64,000 bases of DNA from an uncultured Collinsella sp. (GTDB lineage Bacteria; Actinomycetota; Coriobacteriia; Coriobacteriales; Coriobacteriaceae), in NCBI GenBank assembly GCA_900754525.1, contig CAAEDE010000037.1:21245-85244 (forward strand), read 5' to 3'. The notes under the pieces were generated by a model. The model worked only from the letters and a program-made list of their open reading frames with translations. It was not told the DNA's origin and did no database searches. The stretch's first letter is position 1. Every line of letters begins with the position of its first letter. Positions 33,094 through 43,918 of this stretch are shown piece after piece. The position numbers were made by a program, and so were the translations under genes.

Positions 33094-33696
33094 TTAGTCG
33101 ATAGCGCCGATGCGGTTGAGCGGCCAGTAGCGCACAAGCGCCACGGCAACCAGATCCGAGCTTTTGACCGGACCAAATATACGGGAATCAGCGGAGTTCT
33201 CACGATTGTCACCCATCATCCACACGCAATCATCTGGAACGGTGTAAGGAAAGGTAATGTTCTCGGACAAGGGCCAGCTCATACCAGCTGTATAGCCCTC
33301 GTCGAGCACTTGTCCGTCGACAACCACTTTGCCATCTTGCAAGTCAACGGTCTGGCCCGCAGTTGCTATCACGCGCTTCACAAGCAAGTCATGCCCAGTA
33401 GTCTTATCGGGGTTGTGGAACACCACAATATCGCCCTGCCTAACGGGCATACCGAGCTCAAGCGTCACCTTCTGCGCCAAGATCTGATCGTGTTCTTCAA
33501 TCGTATGCTCCATGGAGCCGGTGGGCACCACAAAGGGTTCAATCACAAACGAGCGAATCAAGAAGGTGGCGGCGAGCGCGATTAGAATGACCAAAACCCA
33601 TTCCAAGGCGCCCCGCAAAGTGAAAACGGACCTCTCGCCAAAATCATGTTCAAGATGAACTCGTTGGCGGCCTTTATTGTCCTCCATGTTATTCAC
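33094..33696 (-). CDS. lepB: Signal peptidase I
   Basis: One TM helix, PTGSM (Ser), VKRVIA (Lys), GDNRENSADSR. Confidence 0.94.
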   Translation of the reverse strand: MNNMEDNKGRQRVHLEHDFGERSVFTLRGALEWVLVILIALAATFLIRSFVIEPFVVPTGSMEHTIEEHDQILAQKVTLELGMPVRQGDIVVFHNPDKTTGHDLLVKRVIATAGQTVDLQDGKVVVDGQVLDEGYTAGMSWPLSENITFPYTVPDDCVWMMGDNRENSADSRIFGPVKSSDLVAVALVRYWPLNRIGAID

Positions 33697-34435
33697 CTCT
33701 TCCAGAAAGCAAATCCTGCGCGTAAGCGCGCTCCTCGGGCGTGAGCCGCGCCGTCTCGATCAGATCGGGACGCCAGCGGCAGGTGCGCTCGATGGCGTTC
33801 TTGCGACGCCAGGCATCGACCTTGGCGTGATCGCCGCTCACAAGCACCGGAGGCACGCCCTCGCCGTTAAACTCGGCGGGACGGGTGTACTGCGCGTACT
33901 CGAGCAGGCCTCCATCCTCGGCGGTCGAGAACGACTCGTCGACGTTGCTCATCTCGTCACCAAGGGCGCCGGGGATGAGGCGTACGACAGCATCGGCAAC
34001 GACCATAGCGGGAAGCTCGCCGCCCGTGAGCACGTAGTCGCCGATCGACAGACGCTCATTGGCATACGCATACGCGCGCTCGTCGACGCCCTCGTAGCGA
34101 CTGCACACAAACAGCAGGCGCTCACTTTTGAGCAGGCGCTCGGCCACATGCTGCGTAAAAGGCTCGCCACAGGGGGTAAAGAACACCACAGTGGGCTTGG
34201 GACCCTCTGCGCTAATGGCCTCGATGGCCTCTGCGATGGGCTCGACCTTCATGAGCATGCCCTGCCCGCCGCCGTACGGCTCGTCATCAACGGTACGATG
34301 ACGGTCGTGCGTCCAGTCACGCAGGTTATAGGCCTTAAAATCAAAAAGGCCGGCCTTGCGGGCGCGGCCCAAAATCGATGTGGACATGACGGGCTCAAAC
34401 ATCTCGGGAAAGACCGAAAGGGTCTCAATCAGCAT
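33689..34435 (-). CDS. trmD: tRNA (guanine-N1)-methyltransferase
   Basis: DDEPYGGGQGM, RYEGVDER, SIGDYVLTGGE. Confidence 0.98.
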   Translation of the reverse strand: MLIETLSVFPEMFEPVMSTSILGRARKAGLFDFKAYNLRDWTHDRHRTVDDEPYGGGQGMLMKVEPIAEAIEAISAEGPKPTVVFFTPCGEPFTQHVAERLLKSERLLFVCSRYEGVDERAYAYANERLSIGDYVLTGGELPAMVVADAVVRLIPGALGDEMSNVDESFSTAEDGGLLEYAQYTRPAEFNGEGVPPVLVSGDHAKVDAWRRKNAIERTCRWRPDLIETARLTPEERAYAQDLLSGRGE

Positions 34436-34445
34436 GTTGTCCTCC

Positions 34446-34967
34446 CTACTTGTCCATATCGATCAGGCCGTCCATAACATGGACGGAAATTGTTCCTGTG
34501 TCGGGAAGATCGAGCACAACCTGCTCGATCACGGGAATCAGTACCTCGCCGTACCGATCGCCCTCGACAACCCAAACATCGTTAGCGGGCGTCGACATGA
34601 TCTCGACGATCGTGCCGAGCGAACCGAAGCGCTCGTCGACCACCTCGCGACCCATCAGGTCGGTATAGGCAGCATCGAGCGAATCGAGCTCAAAGTCGTC
34701 ACGATTTGCCAGCACGTAGCATCCCGTGATGCCCTCGGCGGCCGTCAAGTCGTCAATGCCCTCAAACGAGACCAGATCGCCATCGCCCGTATCGGTGACG
34801 GACACGACCGTGCAAAAGCGGTCGCGCTTGAGCGCCGGCGGCGTCAGGGCGACGCGCATACCCGGCTCTAATACAGAAGGAAGCCCCCGCAGCGGCTGCG
34901 CGAGGACCTCCCCCTTCCTTCCGTGCGGCTTGACCACACGGGCGATGTTTTTGTACTGGGACCTCAA
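34446..34967 (-). CDS. rimM: Ribosome maturation factor RimM
   Basis: KPHGRKGEV, PANDVWVV, LIPVI; operon position. Confidence 0.93.
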   Translation of the reverse strand: MRSQYKNIARVVKPHGRKGEVLAQPLRGLPSVLEPGMRVALTPPALKRDRFCTVVSVTDTGDGDLVSFEGIDDLTAAEGITGCYVLANRDDFELDSLDAAYTDLMGREVVDERFGSLGTIVEIMSTPANDVWVVEGDRYGEVLIPVIEQVVLDLPDTGTISVHVMDGLIDMDK

Positions 34968-34971
34968 GGTC

Positions 34972-35256
34972 CTAGCCCAGAACCTCTACCTCGACAGCAG
35001 TGTCGAGGCGAGCGGCCAGTGCACGGGCGAGCGTGCGAATGGCCTTGATGGTACGGCCACGACGGCCGATGACCTTAGCGACGTCATCCTCGGCGACCGA
35101 AACCTCAATCGTAGAGGCGTCGTCACCATCGATGACCTCAAGGCTCACGGAATCCGGGTCGTCGACGATCTGAACAACGAGATATTCGACGAGATCGGCG
35201 ATGCGATCTGAGAGCATTGCCTCACCCTCGAGCTGTGCAGCGTCAACCTCAGGCAC
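34972..35256 (-). CDS. khpA: KH-domain RNA-binding protein
   Basis: KVIGRRGRTIKAIR GxxG KH motif; between rpsP and rimM. Confidence 0.9.
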   Translation of the reverse strand: MPEVDAAQLEGEAMLSDRIADLVEYLVVQIVDDPDSVSLEVIDGDDASTIEVSVAEDDVAKVIGRRGRTIKAIRTLARALAARLDTAVEVEVLG

Positions 35257-35259
35257 GAT

Positions 35260-35601
35260 TTACTCCTCGGCGCCCTCAGCGGCCTCAGCGGCAGCCTTAG
35301 CGGCCTCGGCCTCTTTGGCGAGCTGCTTCTTGGACTTCTTGACGACGGTCTCGGTCTTCTCGCCCTCGTTGGCGGCCTTGACCAGAGCGGCGACGGCGTC
35401 GGTGAGCTGAGCGCCCTTGGACTGCCAGTCGGCGATCTTCTCGAGGTCGAGGTTGATGGTCTTGGGGGCGGTCATCGGGTTGTAGCGGCCAACCTCCTCG
35501 ATGATACGACCGTCACGCGGGGCGCGGGAATCGGCGACGACGACACGGTAGTACGGACGCTTCTTAGCGCCGTGACGAGCAAGGCGAATCTTGACTGCCA
35601 A
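35260..35601 (-). CDS. rpsP: 30S ribosomal protein S16
   Basis: [28 protein letters not shown] start after AGGAG. Confidence 0.97.
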   Translation of the reverse strand: MAVKIRLARHGAKKRPYYRVVVADSRAPRDGRIIEEVGRYNPMTAPKTINLDLEKIADWQSKGAQLTDAVAALVKAANEGEKTETVVKKSKKQLAKEAEAAKAAAEAAEGAEE

Positions 35602-35657
35602 AGGAAACTCCTCCAACCAAGCAGCTTTAGGCTGCAACTACAAACAAACAGTTGAAC

Positions 35658-35686
35658 ATAATACGCCATCGACGCGGGCAGGTGAA
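35658..35686 (-). promoter_or_regulatory. Sigma70-type promoter of the rpsP operon
   Basis: TTCACC-17nt-TATTAT on the minus strand. Confidence 0.6.
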
Positions 35687-35802
35687 GTCCGTGAGACCAA
35701 CTTCTTCGGTGTAGTCGAGGGCAAATCCATATCTTAGACAAGAATTCGGGATTTGCAAGCACATACACGCACCCCACATGAGCTGCGCGGTATACTCATG
35801 AC

Positions 35803-37056
35803 ATGGAAAGACGCGAACATACATACGGTTATGAGGATGCCATGGGCGTCGCACCGCCTCCCTGGACGGGCCCGGCGGTGGGTCTGATGGACCTTGATGC
35901 GTTTTTTGCGAGCGTGGAGATGCTCGATCATCCCGAGTGGCGCGGCAAGCCGCTCATCGTGGGCGGAGACGCCGATTCGCGTGGCGTCGTGTCCACGTGT
36001 TCGTATGAGGCACGTCGCTTTGGCGTGCACTCTGCCATGGCCTCGGCCGAGGCGCGGCGCTTATGCCCGCAAGCCATTTGGACGCACGGGCACTTTGATC
36101 GCTACCGCGAGGTGAGCGCGCAGGTCATGGCGATTCTCGCCGACGAGACCCCGCGCGTTGAGCGCGTATCCATCGACGAAGCCTTTATCGATATCACACC
36201 GGGTCGCTTTGCGCCCGAAGACCCGCTGCTGGTTGCGCGGCGTATAAGCGACCGCGTGGCAGCGCTGGGAGTGACGTGTTCCATTGGCGTGGGCTGCAAC
36301 AAGACGGTTGCAAAGATCGCAAGCGAGCGTGATAAGCCGTTTGGGCTGACCATCGTGCGCCCCGGAACCGAGCAGCGCTTTTTGGCCGCGCTACCAGTGT
36401 CTGCCATGAGCGGCATCGGACGCTCAGCCGAGGAGCGACTGCGCCGCATGCGCATCTACACCCTCGGCGAGCTATCACGTGCGCCGGAATCCACCTTGGC
36501 CTCTATTTTTGGCGTCAACGGCGAACGCATGCGCCAGCGTGCGCTGGGACTCGAAATCTCTGAAGTCACGAGTCTCGATGAAGAGCGCGAGGTCAAATCG
36601 GTCAGCAATGAACGCACCTTTGCTAAAGATTTGACTGAGCGTGGGGATATTGAGGCGGCGATTGCGCTGTTGGGAGAGTCAGTGGGACGCCGCCTGCGCC
36701 GTCAGGGACTGACGGGTGCCACGGTAACGCTCAAGCTTAAGTATTCGTATGGAAGCGGTCGCTCGGCACAGCGCCGGCTGCCTCATCCGACCGACGATGA
36801 GAACATTTTCGTGGCGGTTGCACTCGAACTGCTCGACAATATCTGGCAGGAAGGCATGCATGTTCGCTTAGCGGGCATCGGCATGAGCGACTTCGACCAC
36901 CAAGGCGGGATCCAAACCGACCTGTTCTGCGAAGTCGATGATCGCGGAGCCCAATCCAGCGACCGCCGCGACCTCTCCGTCGCCATCGACGCCGTCCGAG
37001 ACAAGTTCGGCGACACCGCCCTATCCTTCGGCCGCCAATCCCGTTTCAACGATTAA
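35803..37056 (+). CDS. dinB: DNA polymerase IV
   Basis: DLDAFFASVE, CSYEAR, SIDEAF, AKIASE, little-finger SNERTF; start at 35803 or 35842. Confidence 0.96.
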   Translation: MERREHTYGYEDAMGVAPPPWTGPAVGLMDLDAFFASVEMLDHPEWRGKPLIVGGDADSRGVVSTCSYEARRFGVHSAMASAEARRLCPQAIWTHGHFDRYREVSAQVMAILADETPRVERVSIDEAFIDITPGRFAPEDPLLVARRISDRVAALGVTCSIGVGCNKTVAKIASERDKPFGLTIVRPGTEQRFLAALPVSAMSGIGRSAEERLRRMRIYTLGELSRAPESTLASIFGVNGERMRQRALGLEISEVTSLDEEREVKSVSNERTFAKDLTERGDIEAAIALLGESVGRRLRRQGLTGATVTLKLKYSYGSGRSAQRRLPHPTDDENIFVAVALELLDNIWQEGMHVRLAGIGMSDFDHQGGIQTDLFCEVDDRGAQSSDRRDLSVAIDAVRDKFGDTALSFGRQSRFND

Positions 37057-37077
37057 CCGCCTTTGGGCAAAAAGAAA

Positions 37078-37111
37078 GCCGGGCAGGTGCGGAAAACCGC
37101 AACTGCCCGGC
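37078..37111. terminator. Hairpin terminator between convergent dinB and rsfS
   Basis: gccgggcag...ctgcccggc with an A-rich run on the left. Confidence 0.7.
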
Positions 37112-37122
37112 GATATATGTGA

Positions 37123-37153
37123 GGGTAGCTAAACCCCATCTCAAATGAGCTAC
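37123..37153 (-). repeat. Single REP-like hairpin after the rsfS stop
   Basis: gtagctcatttgagatggggtttagctaccc (minus) resembles the arms at 62749/62839 and the RAYT repeat. Confidence 0.6.
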
Positions 37154-37608
37154 TAGAGGAGGTTGAGGGGAAGCTGAGGAGCGTCGCCCCAGAGTTTCTC
37201 GAGGCGGTAGAAGTCGCGGGCTTCGGGAGTGAAGACGTGGACGACAACCGAACCGTAGTCCATGAGCATCCAGGTCTTCTGCTCGCGGCCCTCGATGGAG
37301 AACGGATGCTCACCGCATGCCTCGGCGACCTTCTCCTCGATCTCGTCGACGATAGAATCGACCTGGCGGTTGTTGGCACCGGTGGCAAGCACAAAGTAGT
37401 CGCATACGTCGGAAAGCTCGGTCAGGTCGAGCACCTGAACGTCCTCGCCCTTCTTGTCGTAGGCGGCCTGCGCGGCGACGCGGGCTACATCCTCGGCGGC
37501 GACACCGCTCGCGGACAGCGAGGCGGCAGTGCGGTCGGACGTGGCGGCGAAGCTCTTGTGCTCCACACGTTCAAGAATCTGCTCGTCGGTCATGGTCTCG
37601 TCGGCCAT
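37153..37608 (-). CDS. rsfS: Ribosome silencing factor
   Basis: DKKGEDV, DYFVLATG, WMLMDYGSVVVHVF, FYRLEKLWGD. Confidence 0.96.
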   Translation of the reverse strand: MADETMTDEQILERVEHKSFAATSDRTAASLSASGVAAEDVARVAAQAAYDKKGEDVQVLDLTELSDVCDYFVLATGANNRQVDSIVDEIEEKVAEACGEHPFSIEGREQKTWMLMDYGSVVVHVFTPEARDFYRLEKLWGDAPQLPLNLL

Positions 37609-37635
37609 GGAATACCTCTTTCTAGACAGCCCGAG

Positions 37636-38244
37636 CTAGCGCAGCTGGGCGTAATGGTTGTAAATCGTAATAGCCGTGGGATAAAGATAACGCCCGGACT
37701 GGATCACATAGACCAGACCCTGTGCAAAACAGGAGAAGAACAACTCGTCGAGCGAGGACTTCCCCACCATCTTGCGCAGCGCATGGGCATAGTCACCGTG
37801 ACGGTTGGGCTCGATGGCATCGGCCACAAAGACCACCATATCGAGCGGCGTCATGTCGCAGGCACCCACGGTGTGACGGTCGACAGCCTGAAAGACCACC
37901 GACGACAGCTCGGGAAAGAGCTGCGGAAGCTCATAGGCGGCAACCGGGCCATGCAAAAGCGGCGTCGCGGCAGACGGAGAGCCGGCAATCTTAATGCCGT
38001 AATGCAGAGCGCGCGTGACCAGCTCGTCGTCGGAGAGCACCTTGTCCCAGTCATGGATCAGGCCGGCGGCAGCGGCATCAAAGCGGTCAACGCCGTAGAC
38101 CTCGGCCAGATGAAGTGCGGTCTCGGCAACACCCAGCGAATGCACATAGCGCTTGCGCTTATCCTTCATGCGAACATCGAGCAGCTCTTGAATGCGCTTG
38201 AGCAGCGCGCGCTCATCGCCCTCAAACTGATCCTCTACCGTCAA
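37636..38244 (-). CDS. yqeK: HD-domain Ap4A hydrolase YqeK
   Basis: HSLGV, LIHDWDK, LLHG, HTVG, VADAIEP; after nadD. Confidence 0.92.
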   Translation of the reverse strand: MTVEDQFEGDERALLKRIQELLDVRMKDKRKRYVHSLGVAETALHLAEVYGVDRFDAAAAGLIHDWDKVLSDDELVTRALHYGIKIAGSPSAATPLLHGPVAAYELPQLFPELSSVVFQAVDRHTVGACDMTPLDMVVFVADAIEPNRHGDYAHALRKMVGKSSLDELFFSCFAQGLVYVIQSGRYLYPTAITIYNHYAQLR

Positions 38245-38256
38245 CGTTCTCCCCCA

Positions 38257-38934
38257 TCAATCAAAATCGTCTTGCCCAAGATCGGCATACAGGCCGCGTT
38301 TACGGATATAGCCGAGCACGGACTCGCTCGTAAGATAGCGCACGCTCATGCCGCGGGCAACCCGCTTGCGAATGTTGGTCGAGCTAATCGCCAGCGCCGG
38401 AATCTGAATATAGCGCACGTCGAATGGCAACCCCGATTCCTTAATCCGCGCCCGGGCCGTATCGATGTCAAAACCGGGACGTGTAGCAGCAATAAAGGTT
38501 GCCAGTTCGGCAATCTCATCAGCATTGTGCCAGGTCACAATATCGATAATCGCATCGGCGCCCGTAATAAAGTAGAGCTTTACCTGCGACGGGTAAAAGT
38601 CGCGAAGGGCATGAAGCGTATCGGCCGTATAGGTTACGCCCGGACGGTCAATCTCGAACCGGCTCGCCAAAAAGGCCGGGTTCGCGGCAGTGGCGAGGAC
38701 CGTCATGGCGTAACGGTCCTCGGCAGGCGTCACCGGCTTGTCAAGCTTAAAGGCGGGAGAACCCGCCGGCATAAAGAGCACAGCGTCCAAGTCGAGCGAC
38801 TCGCGCGCCTGCTCGGCAGTCACCAGGTGACCGTAATGAATCGGGTCGAATGTGCCGCCCATAATGCCAAGCCGAAACTCTTTGCCCTCTTTTATGGGCA
38901 GCTCAGGCAAACCGATTCCACCGCGCAGCGACAT
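38257..38934 (-). CDS. nadD: Nicotinate-nucleotide adenylyltransferase
   Basis: GGTFDPIHYGH, FITGADA, ISSTNIR. Confidence 0.97.
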   Translation of the reverse strand: MSLRGGIGLPELPIKEGKEFRLGIMGGTFDPIHYGHLVTAEQARESLDLDAVLFMPAGSPAFKLDKPVTPAEDRYAMTVLATAANPAFLASRFEIDRPGVTYTADTLHALRDFYPSQVKLYFITGADAIIDIVTWHNADEIAELATFIAATRPGFDIDTARARIKESGLPFDVRYIQIPALAISSTNIRKRVARGMSVRYLTSESVLGYIRKRGLYADLGQDDFD

Positions 38935-38937
38935 GGC

Positions 38938-40416
<1,479 letters not shown>

Positions 40417-40420
40417 CTAC

Positions 40421-40463
40421 AAAAAGAGGGAGACCCTTGAATCCTAAAACTCAAGTGCCTCCC
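40421..40463 (-). terminator. Terminator-like hairpin between rpmA and obgE
   Basis: gggaggcacttgag...ttcaagggtctccc-tcttttt on the minus strand. Confidence 0.6.
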
Positions 40464-40488
40464 ACATATGTGCTCTATGAAGGGTGAA

Positions 40489-40746
40489 TTACGCGTTCGC
40501 GAGCGGGCGTACGCTGACCCTGTGCTTGATACCCTTGTGGAACTCAACGGTACCGTCGACCAGCGCGAACAGCGTATCGTCCTTACCACGGCCAACGTTC
40601 TCACCCGGGTGGATGTGCGTGCCGTGCTGACGGACGAGAATCGTGCCCGTGGTTACCGTCTGGCCGGCATAGCGCTTCGTGCCAAGGCGCTGACCGCGGG
40701 AGTCACGGCCATTACGGGAGGAACCGAGTCCTTTTTTGTGTGCCAT
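40489..40746 (-). CDS. rpmA: 50S ribosomal protein L27
   Basis: [31 protein letters not shown]. Confidence 0.98.
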   Translation of the reverse strand: MAHKKGLGSSRNGRDSRGQRLGTKRYAGQTVTTGTILVRQHGTHIHPGENVGRGKDDTLFALVDGTVEFHKGIKHRVSVRPLANA

Positions 40747-40779
40747 TGTGTATACCTACTCTTTCGTTACGAGTGTAAT

Positions 40780-41154
40780 CTACTCGGCGACGGGAGCCTC
40801 GGCAACAGCCTCAGCCTCTGCCTTGACAGCCTTCTTGGCGCGGGAGGTAGCCTGAACCTTCACGATCTTCAGCTTGGTGAGCTGCTGACGGTGACCCTTC
40901 AGACGACGATAGCGCTTGCGCTTGTGGAACTTGAAGACCAGCTGCTTCTCGCCCTTGAACTGCTCAACGATCTGAGCGGTAACCTTGGCCTTGGCCAGCT
41001 TGTCGGGATCGGTGACGATCTTCTTACCATCGTTGAGGAAGATAACCGGCAGGGTGACCTTGTCGCCCTCATTGCCCTCGATCTTCTCGACGGTGATGAC
41101 ATCGTCGGTGGCGACCTTGTACTGCTTGCCGCCCGTGTTAACGATTGCGTACAT
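40780..41154 (-). CDS. rplU: 50S ribosomal protein L21
   Basis: MYAIVNTGGKQYKV, KGHRQQLT. Confidence 0.98.
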   Translation of the reverse strand: MYAIVNTGGKQYKVATDDVITVEKIEGNEGDKVTLPVIFLNDGKKIVTDPDKLAKAKVTAQIVEQFKGEKQLVFKFHKRKRYRRLKGHRQQLTKLKIVKVQATSRAKKAVKAEAEAVAEAPVAE

Positions 41155-41196
41155 GTTTACTTGCCCTTCATGCATCAGTTAGTGCAACAGCCGAAT

Positions 41197-41225
41197 ATAG
41201 TAGCAGGCGAAAATACCCCCGTCAA
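41197..41225 (-). promoter_or_regulatory. Sigma70-type promoter of rplU
   Basis: TTGACG-17nt-TACTAT on the minus strand. Confidence 0.65.
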
Positions 41226-42034
41226 CGAGTATGTGGAGCAAATCCACAAGTTCGCACAGGTATGGGGCTGACGAGTCGGCCCTCGTCGTCCTCGCATGCT
41301 TGATTCTGACGCTCGACATCGTAGGAGCAGATGGTCACGAGGTCTTGCATACCGGTGGAAACAATAGGTGCATCCACGCCCGGGGTCAAGCCCTGCAACA
41401 AAACATCAGCAGCGGAAAGCAAAATTTCCGGACGCATGGAGCCCTCGTTGTCGGCATGGGTGTCGAGCATGAGCACCAAATGGTCCGGGCGCTCCCCCGC
41501 CGTGAGCTCATAGCCAACGAGCGTGTGATCCAAATCCAAGCGCTTGCTCTTTTTTCCGCGCGCGTAGTCGATGCCATGGTCCGCGCGCAGCGTGTCGATC
41601 GCACGACGCACCTCGTCGGCGCATACGGGCGCCTCGGGATCCAAGTGCAGGTCGATGCGATACGACAGGCGCGTGAGCTGCGCCGTCAACGCCGGCGTGC
41701 GCACGTCGATGTACGCCGCCTCGATAGGCGCCAGATCGGCCGGAGACGCCACAGACAGGCGCTCAAACGCCTCGTCGAGCGCCACGAACTCGGTCATAAA
41801 CAGGTCATACCACTCGCAGGTCGACGACGTACCAACCGGTAGCGCCGAAGAGAAGCCCACGCGCATGTGCGGAGAGAAGCCCTGCGTGACGGCATAGGGA
41901 AGCCCCGCACGGCGCACGATGCGCTCAATGGTATGGATCACTTCGAGATGGCCCAGGTACTTAAGGCGATCGCGCTTGCCATAGCGAACACGAAGCCTAA
42001 AGAGCGAGGGGTTGTCGGTCAGGCGCTCACTCAT
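41222..42034 (-). CDS. Radical SAM-associated protein (TIGR03936/DUF2344 type)
   Basis: RVRYGK...YLGHLE...RRAGLP...QGFSPH...ALPVG; follows the radical SAM gene. Confidence 0.88.
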   Translation of the reverse strand: MSERLTDNPSLFRLRVRYGKRDRLKYLGHLEVIHTIERIVRRAGLPYAVTQGFSPHMRVGFSSALPVGTSSTCEWYDLFMTEFVALDEAFERLSVASPADLAPIEAAYIDVRTPALTAQLTRLSYRIDLHLDPEAPVCADEVRRAIDTLRADHGIDYARGKKSKRLDLDHTLVGYELTAGERPDHLVLMLDTHADNEGSMRPEILLSAADVLLQGLTPGVDAPIVSTGMQDLVTICSYDVERQNQACEDDEGRLVSPIPVRTCGFAPHTR

Positions 42035-43908
42035 GCGCGATCACCCATCAATACATTCTTGGCGTGGAGCGTGGGGCAGATCCCGCAGCCGGTGCACGAC
42101 GTGCGGGTACAGTCGGGAGTCGTGACGCCCTCGAGCGAGCGACGGTACTCGCGCTCGAGGAAGCCGCGCGTGCAGCCGGGGCTCACGTGCTCCCACGGCA
42201 GGCGCCAGTCCAACTCGTAGGGCAGGTGCACGAGCTCATTGAGGTCGATGCCGTTTTTGGCAGCAGCTTCCTTCCAGTTATCGAGCGAGAAATGCTCTAC
42301 CCAGGCGTCAAAGCGAGAGCCCGAGCGCCAAGCATCGATGATGACGGGCGTCATGTCACGACCGGCGCGGGAAAGCGCGGCCTCGATGAGCGAGGTCTCG
42401 GCATCGTGGTAATGCACGCGGACGGCACGGTTGCGAACGCTCGTGATAAGCAGCTTCTGGCGACGCTTGACGTCGTCGTAGTCGAGCTGCGGGCACCACT
42501 GGAACGGCGTGGCAGCCTTGGGGATAAAGACCGAAACCGAGATCGACACCGAGATCGAGCCGCGACGAGCCTTGGGCACCACGGAACGACCGAGCTCCAG
42601 CACGTGATCGGCCAGATTGGCGATGGCCACGATGTCCTCGTCGCGCTCGCCGGGAAGGCCCATCATAAAGTAGAGCTTCATGCGGTTCCAGCCGGCCTCG
42701 AAGGCCGCCTTGGCCGCACGGTCCAGGTCCTCCTCGGTCACGTTCTTGTTAATGATGTCGCGCATGCGCTGGCTGCCGGCCTCGGGCGCGAACGTCAGTC
42801 CGCCCTTCTTTTCGCCGGCGACCGACTCGGCCATATCCACGCCAAACGAATCCAGGCGCTGCGACGGAATAGACACGCGAATACCCGTATCCTCCAGGCG
42901 ACGGTTGAGCCTGCCGAGCACGTCGCGAATGCAGGAGTGGTCGGTCGTGGAGAGCGAGGTCAGCGACACCTCGTCATAGCCGGTCTTTTCCAGACCCTGA
43001 ATCACCGACGAGACGATCTGGTCGGCCGAGCGCTCGCGCACCGGACGATACGTCATGCCAGCCTGGCAAAAACGACAGCCGCGGGCGCAGCCGCGCAGGA
43101 TCTCGATAGACAGGCGGTCGTGGACCAGCTGCGCATAGGGCACGCACGACTGCGACAGCGGATTCGTGGCGCCGAAATCCTCGACGACGCGCTTGTAGAC
43201 CACGGTCGGCGCATCCTTGCCCTCACGCGGCACGGTGTAGCCATGCGGCGAGCAGGGCTCGTCGTGACGAACCTCATAGAGCGACGGCACGTAGTTGCCG
43301 GCAATGGATGCAAGCTGCTCGACAATCTGTGCGCGCGGGACTCCTTCGTCACGCAGGCGGCGATGCAGCTGGCAGGTCTCGAGCAGCGACTCCTCGCCCT
43401 CGCCGATGAGGATAACATCGAAGAAGGCCGCATACGGCTCGGGGTTGTACACCGAGGGGCCGCCGGCGATGATGATGGGGTCGTCCTCGGTGCGGTCGGC
43501 CGCTAACAGCGGAATGCCAGCGAGGTCGAGTGCCTCGAGGAAGTTCGTCACCGCCATCTCGTGCGGCACATGCAGACCGACGATATCAAACGAAGCGACC
43601 GGCGCTGCACCCTCGAGCGACAGCAGCGGAATACCCGCCTCGCGCATGGCATCACCCATATCGGGCCACGGCACATAGCCACGCTCGCAGGAGATGCCCT
43701 CGGCCTGGTTAAGGATGTTATAGAGGATGGCGATACCCTGGTTGGGCAGACCGACCTCGTATACGTCCGGATAGATCAGACAACAACGGTAATCGGCATC
43801 GGCCTTGGAAAGCGTGCCCCACTCGTGATCGATATAGCGGCTCGGCTTCTCAACCTTAGCGAGCAGCGGCTCAATTAGATGAAAACAGTCTTGGTATGCA
43901 ACGCGCAA
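42031..43908 (-). CDS. B12-binding-domain radical SAM protein (TIGR03960 type)
   Basis: KPSRY, YPDVYEVG, RGCARGCRFCQAG (CxxxCxxC), TFAPEAGS, C-terminal CTGCGIC. Confidence 0.92.
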   Translation of the reverse strand: MRVAYQDCFHLIEPLLAKVEKPSRYIDHEWGTLSKADADYRCCLIYPDVYEVGLPNQGIAILYNILNQAEGISCERGYVPWPDMGDAMREAGIPLLSLEGAAPVASFDIVGLHVPHEMAVTNFLEALDLAGIPLLAADRTEDDPIIIAGGPSVYNPEPYAAFFDVILIGEGEESLLETCQLHRRLRDEGVPRAQIVEQLASIAGNYVPSLYEVRHDEPCSPHGYTVPREGKDAPTVVYKRVVEDFGATNPLSQSCVPYAQLVHDRLSIEILRGCARGCRFCQAGMTYRPVRERSADQIVSSVIQGLEKTGYDEVSLTSLSTTDHSCIRDVLGRLNRRLEDTGIRVSIPSQRLDSFGVDMAESVAGEKKGGLTFAPEAGSQRMRDIINKNVTEEDLDRAAKAAFEAGWNRMKLYFMMGLPGERDEDIVAIANLADHVLELGRSVVPKARRGSISVSISVSVFIPKAATPFQWCPQLDYDDVKRRQKLLITSVRNRAVRVHYHDAETSLIEAALSRAGRDMTPVIIDAWRSGSRFDAWVEHFSLDNWKEAAAKNGIDLNELVHLPYELDWRLPWEHVSPGCTRGFLEREYRRSLEGVTTPDCTRTSCTGCGICPTLHAKNVLMGDRA

Positions 43909-43918
43909 CGGAAAACCC

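Noticed and set aside
40747..40779. Missing prp (ysxB) between rplU and rpmA
   Set aside because: Expected: L27 begins MAHKKG with no cleavable N-terminal extension.
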